A stretch of 63,479 nt of DNA, the filler included, from Chrysochromulina tobinii (lineage: Eukaryota): NCBI GenBank assembly GCA_001275005.1. It is 8 parts of 8 records of this genome, joined end to end, with 100 filler letters (N's around TTAATTAATTAA, not from the genome) between each part and the next. Parts side by side here need not be neighbours in the genome. Positions count along the whole stretch, not along the records: positions 15,569 to 31,017 come from JWZX01000766.1; positions 31,118 to 39,849 come from JWZX01000768.1; 6 more parts are not named here. One strand, 5' to 3'. A program made the translations under genes and the position numbers. Shown piece after piece: positions 21,968-32,939 of this stretch. A model generated the notes under the pieces. The model saw nothing but the letters and a program-made list of their open reading frames with translations. It was not told the DNA's origin and made no database searches. Every line of letters starts with the position of its first letter. Positions within the stretch are counted from its first letter, which is position 1.

Positions 21968-22542
21968 TGAAGACCGCCTCCTACATGCCGGCGCCCGTTT
22001 CGAAACGAGTATCGCCGTCACCAGTCGGGAGCGGCATCTCTTTCCGCAAGCTTCCGCCCGCCTCACACGAGTCGATCATGGCGAGCTGCGACCACTGGCT
22101 CAGCAAGGCTCAAGGTAATTACGAGGCGCCATCGGCGCGCTGGCTCTTCATGCTGGCACACGAGGTCAAGGCGCTGCTCGAGCCGCTGCGCAAGGAGCAT
22201 GCAGCCACGTGCGCCCGCCTTCGTCACCTCGAGAGCGTGCTGCTGCAGTGGACCGAGGTCTTCGACCCCGCGAGCGGGAGCGGCCTTGCCTCTCCCGCCG
22301 CCCTCGCCTCGCAGCTCAAATCGCAACAGTCGACGAACGCGCAGCTGCGCGAGGCGCTTCAAAAGGCTCACGAGGTGACGGCCGCAGGAGAACGAAGGTG
22401 CCTCGAGCTGCTGCGTCAGCACCACGAGGCGCACGCGCAGGAGCGAGAGAGGGAGCGCGATCGGCATGCCGCTGAGCTCGAGCGCCTGCATCAGCTGCAT
22501 GCAGCGCAGCTGCGCGTCTTGAGCGCGCGCGCCGAGGCCTGA
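21968..22542 (+). CDS. Hypothetical coiled-coil protein
   Basis: ATG MKTASY follows a pyrimidine-rich leader; heptad-like Glu/Arg/Leu C-terminal half. Confidence 0.55.
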
Positions 22543-22872
22543 GCGCACGCGCTCGTGCATAGTGAAGCCTAGGCGAACGATTGTGTGCGAGGGCTGTGCC
22601 CAAGCGCCATGTGGCTGCAGATAGAATATGGCACACGCGCGTAGCCGAGCGGACAGCCGGAATCCGGGAATCCGGACGTGAGGCACGAGCCGCCGCATTC
22701 GTCGGCTCCGGCGTGTACGTTGTCGAGGGTGCGTATACGCATCCACCGCGCGTGCAGCGCGCGGTCTAAACGACATAGAACGCATTTTTCCTCGCGCGGT
22801 CTAAACGACATCCATATATTACGCTTGTGCGAACCTTGCCGGTTGCGATCCTTGCGATCTTGGAAGCTCTGT

Positions 22873-23796
22873 CTAGCTAGCAGCGGGTCTCCTCTTGAAC
22901 AAGTCAGAGTCTCTCTCATCTTGGCTGAGGTACCTGTCTCGTGCGTCCATGTCTGCGGCCGACGCGGGGGCGGTCGCGGCCTGCGATCGCTCGTGTGCGC
23001 ATAGCTGCGCCTCGGTGAGACCGTCAGACGCCTCGGCGCCAGATGCGGCGACCCTCTCAAGGGGCTGTACGAGGCGGGAAGACTTGGCGCCGAAGCCGTT
23101 CCCGCCCATGCCCAACCCAAGGCCGCCCTGCTTGCCGCCGCCGCCACCGCCGCCGCGGAATGTAGTGCCCCTGGCGGCATCTCTTTGCCTGCCCGCGATA
23201 GCGCCGCTTCGGTGGCTCTCGGCTGCGTTGCCGGGCGCCTCCACCTCCTCCGAGATGCTCTCCACGATGCTCCGCAGAGCGCGCTGCCCCTCAAAATGTG
23301 CCGCAGTCCGCATCTTGGCAAATGGGCCCGCAGGCGCGGCCGGTAGCTGGGTTCCTTTGAGGGTGCCTTGATGGAGCGAGGAGCTGAGCTGCGAGCGCGG
23401 GTCCGCGTAGCCGCTGTAGCACTCCGCGTGGTACCGCATCGAAACGCGAGCACCGCGGCGCTCGGTTATGGGCTCGCCGATCATAGTGAACGGCATGCGG
23501 CACTCGCGGCACTTGTGGCCGAGGTCATTACGCTGCGCCTCCCGGTGCTGGAAGTCCCAATACTGCGTCATGTCGCCCGCGCCGATGGTCTCCGGATGGC
23601 ACGCCTCGCTCATCCCGGACACTGACGACGGGTGGAGGGACGGAGCGTGCGAAAATTTGGTCGCCACGGAGAGAATGTCGGAGAGGTCATCGGCCGCGCC
23701 GTCCTCCACCGTTTCAGCTCGCCGCGAGGCACCGGTCGCATTGGCGCGCCCCGTGCGCTGCAGGTGCCGGTCGTTGCGAGCTGCAAATGACGCCAT
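22873..23796 (-). CDS. Hypothetical protein with CxxC...HxxC zinc-finger-like domain
   Basis: HKCRECRMPF...MRYHAECYSGYADPRSQ within a 307-aa ATG ORF. Confidence 0.7.
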   Translation of the reverse strand: MASFAARNDRHLQRTGRANATGASRRAETVEDGAADDLSDILSVATKFSHAPSLHPSSVSGMSEACHPETIGAGDMTQYWDFQHREAQRNDLGHKCRECRMPFTMIGEPITERRGARVSMRYHAECYSGYADPRSQLSSSLHQGTLKGTQLPAAPAGPFAKMRTAAHFEGQRALRSIVESISEEVEAPGNAAESHRSGAIAGRQRDAARGTTFRGGGGGGGKQGGLGLGMGGNGFGAKSSRLVQPLERVAASGAEASDGLTEAQLCAHERSQAATAPASAADMDARDRYLSQDERDSDLFKRRPAAS

Positions 23797-24188
23797 GAAA
23801 ACACTCTAAGCGAATGGACGGACGCGCCGCGACGGCCACCGCCTTCTCGATCAGCGCTGCGATCTCCGGAAAGGACACGGTGCGCTCGCGCCTCGCTGGG
23901 AGGCCGAGACCATCGTTTTCACGAACCTGACAAGCCGGGTGTGAACGTTGTGTGTTGTACGTCTTCGCATGGGAAAAGGGAGAGGAACAACTGGTAAACT
24001 TGGTCCCTACTGGTAAACCCTGGGAGCCCCATCCCCCCAAACGGCGGAGAGATCCCATACCCAGGGCTCTCCCTATCCCCCCAATCTGATTCCATGATGG
24101 ATACCGTACATGTGTTCGACACCTTCACGTTTAGTTCACAGCTGCGTAACTTTGGGCGTCACAAAGGTCACGTGATTTCCTCTTGTGA

Positions 24189-26999
24189 ATGCCCTGCCCG
24201 CTGTCAGCCGCCGAGCCGCAAGCCCTCTCCCGCAAAGGTTTCGAGCTCGTGCAGGCCGGCGACGCCGAGGCGGGGCTCGCATGTCATCTCGCCGCGACGG
24301 CGCTCCCGTCGGCCAACGCCTACGACTGGTTTCACCGGGCGCGTGCGGAGCAGCACGTTGGCAAGGATGCTGACGCGACCACATCGTATGAGCGCTCGGT
24401 GATGTCACCGCGGCCGCCCGTCCTCGAGCCTCAGGCCGCGACGGAGGCTTACTTCCAGCTCGGCAAGCTCTGGCGTGACCAGCACGACCTCGGCAAGGCG
24501 TCGCGCTTCTACACGGCGTCAATCCGGCTTTCGCCCTCGTCAGCGGGCGCGTACATCATGAGCGGCGTGACGCTGCGTGAGCTCGGCCGCGTGGAGGAGT
24601 CCATCGTGCAGTACGGCATCGGCCTTCGCCTGTCCCCGGCCATCCCAGCGGCGCAGTACAACCGCGCACAGGCCCTCAAGGAGCTAGGAAGGATGCCCGA
24701 GGCCATCAACGGGTTCGCAACGGTGCTGGCGCTCGATCCGGCATTTGCGCTCGCGTACGAGGCCATGGGCGACGCACACCTCTATGCCGATCGGCCCGAC
24801 GACGCCACTGCCGCGTTTGCTCACTTTGCAGCCCTCCGCCCGACGGCGGCGGCGGCCCACTATTCCCTCGGCAAGGCGCACTTTGGGGCGCGCCGGCTCT
24901 CCGAGTGCGTGGCGGCGCACTGGCGCGCGCTCGCGTTGCCCGAGGAGGCGGCCGTGCCGCACGCGTACGTGCACAACGACCTGGGGAACGCTCTGTCCGA
25001 GCTCTCTGGCCGCTCCGACGAGGTGTTGCATCACTACTCCGAGGCCGCGCGCCTGATGCCCTCGTTCGCCGAGGCTCTCTCCAACGTAGGGACAGGCCTC
25101 AAGGAGCGTGGCCGGCACACCGAGGCAGCCGAGCAGTTCCGAAGGGCGATCGGAGCGAAGCCCACCCTGTGCGAAGCGTACAAGAACCTTGGCTCATCGT
25201 ATGGTGAGATCGATGGACGGTTGCCGGAGGCGGTAGGCGCCTTCGAAGGGGCGCTGCGCATCAACCCGCAGTTCTGGCCGTCGCTCTATGCACTCTTGGA
25301 CACGAAGCAATTTCTGTGCGATTGGCGAGGCCGGCCGGCGCTGCTGGGGCGGCTCGTGACACACCTCGATGCCCTCCACTCGCGCCGCCACCTCGGTGCT
25401 GGGCCTGACGAGCGAATGCACGGGGGGCTCCCTCCCTTCCAGACGCTGCCCCTACCGCTCCCTCCCGCCACCCGCATGGCCATCACCCGCAACCGTGCCC
25501 GACGTGACATTGCACACGCAGCGGCGACGCCACTGCCCCATCCGATGCGCTGGAGCGCGGTGCCGGATGCGCAGAGCGCTGGGAGGAGGATGGTCGATAG
25601 CACCTGGCTGCTGACTGGCGGCGGTGGCACGGGCACGGTGGCGGCGACGTCCTCGACCTCCTCCTCGCCCTCCTCCTCGCCCTCCTCCTCGCCCTCCTCC
25701 TCGCCCTCCTCCTCGCCCTCCTCCTCGCCCTCCTCCTCGTCATCCTTGCTGCCGCCCCCGCCCGCAGCGCTGCGTCTGGGTCTGCTCACAGCCGATTTTG
25801 GAGACCATCCGGTTGGCCATGCCCTGCTGCCGTGGGTGGCTGCTCTGCGCGCGCGATCAGGCCTCGAGGTGATCTGCGTCGCGTCCGACTCGAATGAGAA
25901 GAAGCACCCTGGTTCGGCGCTGCGCCGAGCGATCGCGGCGGCTTGCACGGCCTTTTACGACGTCACCGAGCTTCCTGATGTCGAGGCGGCGCTGCTGATC
26001 AACGAGCTTCGCATTCACGTCCTCCTCAACCTCGTCGGACATACCGCGGGCGCTCGCCACGTGCTGACTCAATGGCAGCCTGCACCCGTGCAAGGACTGC
26101 ACTATGGTTACCCCGCCACGACGGCGCTACCGGCGATGGGCTACATGCAGGTCGATCGTGTCGCCACGCCGCCCGAGCTGCAATCTGACTTCACCGAGCG
26201 CCTCGCGTACTTCCCGCACTGCCACTTCATCGCAGTCCATGCCGAGCGCTATCCTCACGTGCAGCGCGTGACGGCGCACGCACACCCCTGGACGGGCGAC
26301 AGGCGAGTGATCGCAGCTGACGGAGCGGCCGCTCGCCGCTCGGACTTGGGACTCGGCCCAGTGGGCAGCCGCCACGACGCCTTCGCCCTCTGCAACTTTA
26401 ACCAACTGTACAAACTGGATCCGGAGACGTTTGAGGCGTGGGCGAACGCGCTACGTCGGCTGCCGCGTGCCTTCCTATGGCTCAGTCGGGTGAGTGTGCG
26501 CAAGGACACGTCGATGTTCGCCGAGGCCAACCTGCAGCTGGAGGCAGCAGCGCTCGGCATCGACACACCTCGCCTTGCCTTCTCGTTCCGATTCGGCGAG
26601 AAGGACTACGTGCCCTTCCGCGCACTCGCGGACCTGATGGTCGACAACCGTAACTATAATGCGCACACGACGGGTGCGGATACGCTCTGGGCGGGAGTGC
26701 CGGCGGTCATGATTGAGGGTGGCCACCTGGCGGGGCGCGCCGGTGCGACCTTCTCGAGTGCCCTCGGTACGGCCTCCATGCTGGCTGAGAGCATTCGTGC
26801 GTACGAGGATGGCACCTATCTACTCGGCACGGGCCCTGCACGCCTGCATGCGCTGCGCCGCAGGCTGCTCCAAAAGCGCGGGAGTGCTCCCTTTTTTGAC
26901 TTGGCGCGGCTCGCCCGTGGGCAGCATCGCCTCGCTACCCTCATGTGGGGCGTCTACGCCGCGGGGCTTCGGCCGATGCACGTGATCGCATCCAGATGA
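24189..26999 (+). CDS. OGT: O-GlcNAc transferase-like protein (TPR repeats + GT41)
   Basis: TPR array, then LGLLTADFGDHPVGH, LNLVGHTAGAR, PAPVQGLHYGYPATT, CNFNQLYKLDP and YNAHTTGADTLWAGVP, the canonical OGT/SEC-type motifs. Confidence 0.92.
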   Translation: MPCPLSAAEPQALSRKGFELVQAGDAEAGLACHLAATALPSANAYDWFHRARAEQHVGKDADATTSYERSVMSPRPPVLEPQAATEAYFQLGKLWRDQHDLGKASRFYTASIRLSPSSAGAYIMSGVTLRELGRVEESIVQYGIGLRLSPAIPAAQYNRAQALKELGRMPEAINGFATVLALDPAFALAYEAMGDAHLYADRPDDATAAFAHFAALRPTAAAAHYSLGKAHFGARRLSECVAAHWRALALPEEAAVPHAYVHNDLGNALSELSGRSDEVLHHYSEAARLMPSFAEALSNVGTGLKERGRHTEAAEQFRRAIGAKPTLCEAYKNLGSSYGEIDGRLPEAVGAFEGALRINPQFWPSLYALLDTKQFLCDWRGRPALLGRLVTHLDALHSRRHLGAGPDERMHGGLPPFQTLPLPLPPATRMAITRNRARRDIAHAAATPLPHPMRWSAVPDAQSAGRRMVDSTWLLTGGGGTGTVAATSSTSSSPSSSPSSSPSSSPSSSPSSSPSSSSSLLPPPPAALRLGLLTADFGDHPVGHALLPWVAALRARSGLEVICVASDSNEKKHPGSALRRAIAAACTAFYDVTELPDVEAALLINELRIHVLLNLVGHTAGARHVLTQWQPAPVQGLHYGYPATTALPAMGYMQVDRVATPPELQSDFTERLAYFPHCHFIAVHAERYPHVQRVTAHAHPWTGDRRVIAADGAAARRSDLGLGPVGSRHDAFALCNFNQLYKLDPETFEAWANALRRLPRAFLWLSRVSVRKDTSMFAEANLQLEAAALGIDTPRLAFSFRFGEKDYVPFRALADLMVDNRNYNAHTTGADTLWAGVPAVMIEGGHLAGRAGATFSSALGTASMLAESIRAYEDGTYLLGTGPARLHALRRRLLQKRGSAPFFDLARLARGQHRLATLMWGVYAAGLRPMHVIASR
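25657..25740 (+). repeat. 12-bp coding repeat (CCCTCCTCCTCG, SSSP) between the TPR and catalytic regions of the OGT-like gene
   Basis: Directly visible. Confidence 0.9.
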
Positions 27000-27935
27000 C
27001 CGCAAAAGGGGTGCTGGGGCGTGCACTTGGTGCAGCAGCTTCCACCTCTGAGACGGATGGGTCGGCGCTTCATGTGAATTCACACATCCTCTAATGCGCC
27101 TCCCTCTGCTCGACATGAGGCGGTCGCATGAGTCGCCGGCTGCCTTTGCCGAGGAGCTTCGTATCGTGTGTTATCGCTTTGGCTTCTTTCACAGCAGTGC
27201 TATTCACAGCAGGGCCATCGCTTTGGCTTCTTTCAGCTGCGTCACAGGATTCCTGACCACGTGGCGGAGCGTGCGATGAATGAGGCGCGGCTCTTCGTTG
27301 CGAGGCCAGTGGACGAGAAGCAGCGCATCGGGTATACGGCAGCAGTTAGGCAGTAGTTCGGCGTTTCGTGGCTAAATGGCCAATGGTGTGGAGACTACCG
27401 CTGGGAAGCCTGATCCGAGAGAGCAGTTCGAGATCGCCGCAGAGGGCTTGAGTCGTGCCGAGATAGAGAGTCGTGCATACCACGCCGCACATTAGACAAA
27501 ACCTGTACGCGTATGGACCGTGCACTACACAGTACAGTAGCACATTATTATTTGGAGTTTGGTTGAGAGGCCACACTGGCACACAGATCGTCACAGCAGA
27601 TGCAACTGCGGCCTCCAACGTCTCCAAAAGATACGAGAACGTCAAGGGGGAAGTGAGAAGATCAAACCCTTCGGCTTCGCGCGGTTCGGCTTCTCGGCCC
27701 TGTCGCCGCTTCGTCTTGGGCTATTGAGTAATGTAGAACACCGATGGTACAGCAAGCTTATTGTATCGGGATATGCTTCAAGTAAGGTGTTGCGGGGACA
27801 GAACGACATGCTTTTCGGTTTCCGCGGTAACCGCCGACGTTGGGGCCCGTTGCATGCGCGCGGTGAACTGTGCGATCGTCTGTCGCTCACATCCGATTCC
27901 ACTTTTAGCGAGGTGAACACACAGCACTCTGCAGC

Positions 27936-29168
27936 ATGCCGCGCATGCACGGCAGTCTCCATCCCGTCTGCCGCTGTCCGCAGCCCTCGACTGCCTCGCA
28001 AAGGGGCCCCCTCGAAGACATGCAGAACACGCCGTTCGACACAACTTCGGCCTTCGCGTCATATTCACGCACCGACGCCCTATCCACGAGGCACTTCAAA
28101 GAGATCGTGAAGGACTGGGCGCTGCGTGCGCGCTGTGCGAGAGCGCTTGGAGCTTTCCCGGCTGACGGTGCGTCCTTCTCATACAATCACCTGGGTGTGT
28201 GCATGAGCGCGGCGACCTTCAATCGGGACGCCAGCACATCACTTGTGGCCGCACGGGCGCTGCTCAGTTCAGGGTTGCCGAGTGACTGCGCTGCAGCAGA
28301 CGCGGTCATCAAGCAGCTTGCTCGTGCTCCATCTCGCGCCGACGTGCCACTGTGGAGGCAAAGGCCGGACGGCCGCCTGCGAAACTTGACCGCCGCCGGA
28401 CGAACGTTCCACGATCAGCTCGCCGCACAAGGCTACGCACTCATCCCACCATCGTGGGGCCTCGGTGCACTTCTCGAGAACGACCAATTGGCAAGCCGGC
28501 TGAGATCGAGCCTGGACAAACGCCAAACTCAGGCCGCGGATGGATCGCCCTGCAACAAATGCGGCGCGTTCGGCAACAGGCCCACCGCCTACCGCAAGCG
28601 ATGGCTTCCGTGGGAGCATGATGGGCACATACTCCCCCGAGATCGAGCCGGGTGGTACAGCGACTCTGCCTGGCGCAACGTGACTGCTGCGATAGCTTCG
28701 CGTCTCCGACCTGCTGTGCATGCGTACATTGGAAGGGGCGCCGTGAGCGGCATGTGCCGTGTGCTCATCTTGCCGGCGCGCAATCTCAGCGCCATCGAGT
28801 ACCCGTCCGGCCTCTGGCATCACGATCGGTGCGGACGCCGAGTCAAGTGCTTCGTCTTCCTTGAGGACGTCCGGCGGGAATCGCACCCGATGCTCCTCGT
28901 GCCTGCGTCGCACCGGACCGTGTACTATTCATACTCCCTCTTCGGCGCCTCTCGCTTCAGCGATGAGCACGTGGCCGCTCACCAGAAGGCCCCTCGCGCG
29001 ATGCTCGGCGCATCCGGGGAGGGGTACTGCTTCGATACCAATGGCATCCATCGCGGCACTCTGGACGGGACGCGCGCTCGCTACAGCATCGTGGTCGAGT
29101 TCCATGATGAGCTTCTTGAGCAGGAATTTCGCGAGGCGCGTGTGCCTCGCCCGCCGTTTGGCGAGTAA
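27936..29168 (+). CDS. 2-oxoglutarate/Fe(II) dioxygenase, PhyH-like
   Basis: WHHD (HxD), VKCFVFLEDV, VPASH and GEGYCFDTNGIHRG (distal His). Confidence 0.8.
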   Translation: MPRMHGSLHPVCRCPQPSTASQRGPLEDMQNTPFDTTSAFASYSRTDALSTRHFKEIVKDWALRARCARALGAFPADGASFSYNHLGVCMSAATFNRDASTSLVAARALLSSGLPSDCAAADAVIKQLARAPSRADVPLWRQRPDGRLRNLTAAGRTFHDQLAAQGYALIPPSWGLGALLENDQLASRLRSSLDKRQTQAADGSPCNKCGAFGNRPTAYRKRWLPWEHDGHILPRDRAGWYSDSAWRNVTAAIASRLRPAVHAYIGRGAVSGMCRVLILPARNLSAIEYPSGLWHHDRCGRRVKCFVFLEDVRRESHPMLLVPASHRTVYYSYSLFGASRFSDEHVAAHQKAPRAMLGASGEGYCFDTNGIHRGTLDGTRARYSIVVEFHDELLEQEFREARVPRPPFGE

Positions 29169-29552
29169 GGGAGTAACCCACGCGACCAAGTACGATTGTA
29201 CGAAGTTGAGGTGCTCCGCGGGCGGGAAGCGAACGGCACATGGCGCATGTTCGCATGCAGTCACCCAAGTCCATCCATGAAGTGACGAATGTATTGTGAT
29301 CACGCATGTATGTCATCTGTCAGCAATTCATCACTAGCCAATTTCAAAGTAGAAAGTTCATTGCGCTAGTTTGAGAAAGGGTCAGTTGAATCGACACACA
29401 AGGTAGAACCGACCAGCCACTATACCATGCAAAACACTTCCCTTTCCCGGCTTTTCACATCGCTCGATAAATACCACAAAGCCCATCCTCGGATGACAGT
29501 GGTTTAGTGGCCGTTCAAATTGAAAGTGGCTTGTGTGGTAGGGGCTTGTGGT

Positions 29553-29642
29553 GAGTGAGTGAGTGAGTTATTGAGACACAGACACACCGTGGAACAATAC
29601 TCACTCACTCACTCACTCACTCACTCACTCACTCACTCACTC
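29553..29642. mobile_element. 90-bp MITE-like insertion with (GAGT)n terminal inverted repeats and a 10-bp TSD
   Basis: (GAGT)4-TATTG...CAAT-(ACTC)11 flanked by GGCTTGTGGT at 29543-29552 and 29643-29652. Confidence 0.7.
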
Positions 29643-29734
29643 GGCTTGTGGTATTTTCGAGCCTTTGGTCTGTGGGAAAACGAGAAGTTTGCGCGGGGCA
29701 CTCGGACGTCCGCGCCGCGAGCGAGCACGGTCTC

Positions 29735-31017
29735 ATGTCGGGCTCAGACGCGCAGCTTTTGGTCGGGCACTGCGAGCTTGGGGAGACGAGGGTTTCGTGG
29801 GAGGAGGAGAATGCGTACTACGTCTGCGGTGGGCCGATGGGCTGTATCCTCAAGGAGTACCACCCAGGCCCGTGTGTGTTTGAGGTGAGCTCGAGCCGTC
29901 GTCGGCGGCCCGTCTTGGTGCCTGCGGCTGTGTCTGCCGTTGCTTCTCAATTGGCTCCGGCGGAGTCCAAGGCATCGCACAAGCGGGGCAAGGTCGAGGC
30001 CGCCGGCGCGAGCCGCTCGGCCAAGAAGCGACCACCTCCTGCCACCAGGAAGGCACTGGCGGCAGCAGCTCCAGCGGATCCGATGGACGATGACGACGTT
30101 GAGGACGAGAAGGACGACGAGGAGGGCGAGGCCGCTGCTGGGATGGCAGTGAAGCTGCATGCGCAGCCTCCGTGCGTAGTAAGCGAAGAGTCGCCGACGC
30201 AATGCTCGTCCACCAACGAACCTTCTCCCGACGACGATGAAGTCGCTGGCACGGCCGACGAGCCCTGCAACGAGGCGGCGGAGGATGAAAAGGTCGAGGC
30301 GAAGGAGGAGAAGGTCGAGGCGGAAGACGAGGAGGACGACGAGGAGGACCTTGCCGCGGTGGTCAACTGGGCGGCGATGATGACTACCGAGGCGGCGGAG
30401 GTGGCGGCCGCGACTGCGGCTGCGGACGGGCGTCCAGCCGCGACGTACTCCGCGGCGTGCTGGCTGCTCCGGCTGCGCGAGGCGTGCATGCACCAGCCCA
30501 CGCTATACCACGAGGTCGTGCAAGCACTGCACCTGCGCCGCTCCCGCCAGCTCAGCACCGAGGGCGCGACAGCACGCGTGACCAAGCTCCTCGCGACGAG
30601 TCCGGCTCTCTCTCCGTTGCAGCGCGAGTTGAGTGACACGTGGCTCACGCTCGAGTGGGACGCTCCGATCGTACGTGCGGCGCTGCGACTTCATGGGTCT
30701 GAGCCTCTGACCCTCGACGCGATCGCGGCGTGGCTTCGACATGAGCCGCCTTCGGCAGCGCCCTCGCGCGAGGCCCTCGATGCCATTCTCGCCGGCGCGA
30801 CTGCCGAAGAGTCCGCAGCTCTCAGCGCGTGGCCCGCGTGGGCCCGCGAGCTGCTGGCCGATCAGGGCAGGGCGCACGGAGGCGAGGAAGGCAAGGAGGA
30901 AAGCAGGGAGGAAGGCAGGGATGAAGGCGGGGAGGAAGGCAGGGACGAGACGGAGGAGGCGGCGGCGGGCGCGGCGGCGGGCGCGGCGGCGGGCGCGGCG
31001 GCGGGCGCGGCGGCGGG
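29735..31017 (+). CDS. Hypothetical nuclear protein with Cys/His motif, acidic tracts and a PAH (Sin3)-like helix pair; truncated at contig end
   Basis: CGGPMGCILKEYHPGPC; WLLRLREACMHQPTLYHEVVQALHLRRSRQLSTEGATARVTKLL resembles the PAH consensus. Confidence 0.6.
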
Positions 31018-31117
31018 NNNNNNNNNNNNNNNNNNNNNNNNNNNNNNNNNNNNNNNNNNNNTTAATTAATTAANNNNNNNNNNNNNNNNNNNNNNNNNNN
31101 NNNNNNNNNNNNNNNNN
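31018..31117. other. Artificial contig linker
   Basis: 44N-TTAATTAATTAA-44N. Confidence 0.98.
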
Positions 31118-31240
31118 AGGGTGGCGAGGGTGGCGGTGGCGGCGACGGCGAGGGTGGCGGTGGCGAGGGTGGCGGTGGCGGGGACGGCGGCGGCGGGGAC
31201 GGCGACGGCGGCGGCGGCGACGGCGGCGAGGGTGGTGCTT
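31118..31240 (-). repeat. Pro/Ser-rich (PPSPPP) low-complexity coding fragment running into the contig end
   Basis: GGC/GGT-rich tract that translates to PPSPPSPPPP on the minus strand. Confidence 0.6.
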
Positions 31241-31778
31241 GAGCCTTTGGATGTGGGCAGAGGCATACGAACACGACGAGCGTGTTCAAGCGCGCACGTC
31301 CGCTGCCCATGCTATCACGCGCCTTTTCTGCTCCACGTGCCAGGCCACCAGGATTCCTGGAGCTTGCAATTGGAGGGTTTGCGGGACACGATCGTGCTTC
31401 AAGACGACGCTTCGTTCTGGTAGTTACAATCGGTTTTCCAAATTCCGTGGGTAAAAATAGCACATATTTGGAAGTCATGGGCCGTATGGTTGTTTCGTTT
31501 GGAGCGCTCAAGCTCTGTGAATAGTGACCTGTGGATAGGTACACAAGATTAGCATCTTACTATGCTATAGGGACATACTCGGTAATTGGGTCCGACCGAT
31601 CCTCGGTTGCATCTCGTGCCTGCCTTGGGCACTTCACCGGAACTCGCCGAGATAATCTCCGAGATTGTGTATCTCGGCGATCATCTCGGCCGTTCTGGCT
31701 ACTGTCCCGGCCACGGTCTGTGCCCGGACGTCAGCGCGGGCTTTACAATACCGCTAGGATGTCTGCAGGTGGCTGCTG

Positions 31779-32342
31779 TATGGGGTGCCAGGCGAACCAA
31801 TGAGCAACATTCATGCAAACAACATTCAACAATAAAAAAACTGAATTGTTGAATGGTGAATGCTGCATTCAACATTCAACATTCAACATTCAACATTCAA
31901 CATTCAACAACAACATTCAACATTCAACATTCAACATTCAACATTCAACATTCAACATTCAACATTCAACATTCAACATTCAGGGTTTTTTACGGTTAGA
32001 AATACTTGTATGTAGTAAAAAGGGGGGTATTAGAAATTAAAAAACCGGGGGGTCAGAAATAAAAAACTGATTTTTTATTGGGGGTTCTAACCCCCCTTTT
32101 TTATTTCTAACCCCCCGGTTTTTTATTTCTATAAACCCCCCTTTTTTATTTCTAACCCCCGTTAAAAAACTGAATGTTGAATGTTGAATGTTGATTGAAT
32201 GTTGAATGTTGAATGTTGAATGTTGAATGTTGAATGTTGAATGTTGAATGTTGAATGTTGTTCACCATTCAACAATTCAGTTTTTTCATTGTTGAATGTT
32301 GTTTGCGTGAATGTTGCTCATTGGTTCGCCTGGCACCCCATA
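31779..32342. mobile_element. 564-bp foldback/MITE element with long TIRs containing (CATTCAA)n arrays
   Basis: First 82 nt of the two arms are inverted copies with 2 mismatches (TATGGGGTGCCAGGCGAACC.../...GGTTCGCCTGGCACCCCATA). Flanked by CTGCTG at 31773-31778 and 32343-32348. AT-rich against a GC-rich background. Confidence 0.92.
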
Positions 32343-32939
32343 CTGCTGGGGTGGTCGGTGGGTGTTTTATTGCGCGAGCTTGAGCGTGTGCGAGAGCGGG
32401 GTGCGTGAGGATCGCGGGGGTGCCGATGCCGACGCCCATGGTTCGCGATTCCCCAAGGGGGCAAAGGTAGGGCAAAGGCGGGAGCGCCGCCTTTTGCGTT
32501 CACACCCGGTAGTGCGCTACTTTTGCCCCCGGCGCTGGCTCTGACCCCTTTTGGGGTTTTGGCGGCTCCCCGCCGTGTGCGCCCGTAGCGGCGCTCCTGT
32601 CGTTAGTGTCCATACACTCTTGGAGCTAAGGCTCAGCACACATTTTCCTGTGCCGGCCGAGGGCCGCTCTGCTGCACTCAAAGTCAAAGATACAAACATC
32701 GCGAATCTGCGGTGTACAATACAACATCGATGGACTCGCGGTGCTGTCCTCGCCGGTCGGTACAGCCAGGTCTACACATCAGGAAATTAAGGTCACGCCC
32801 TGAGGTCACTATGAGGTCACGAGGTCAGTCAATGCAGTCAGTCCCGTCTCCATACGAATCTTGAACAGTTGAACTTGAACTTGAACTTGACTTGACTTGG
32901 CAAGACTTGCTCCTTCCACGCAGGAGGCCTCCACCCGCC

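Noticed and set aside
31866..32260. (CATTCAA)n as telomeric or centromeric satellite
   Set aside because: The arrays are the two arms of one TSD-flanked inverted-repeat element, not a terminal or long tandem array.
32451..32556. Short nested inverted repeats (GGGGGCAAAGGTAG/CTACTTTTGCCCCC) as a second MITE
   Set aside because: Only ~14-bp arms and no identifiable TSD; not enough support.
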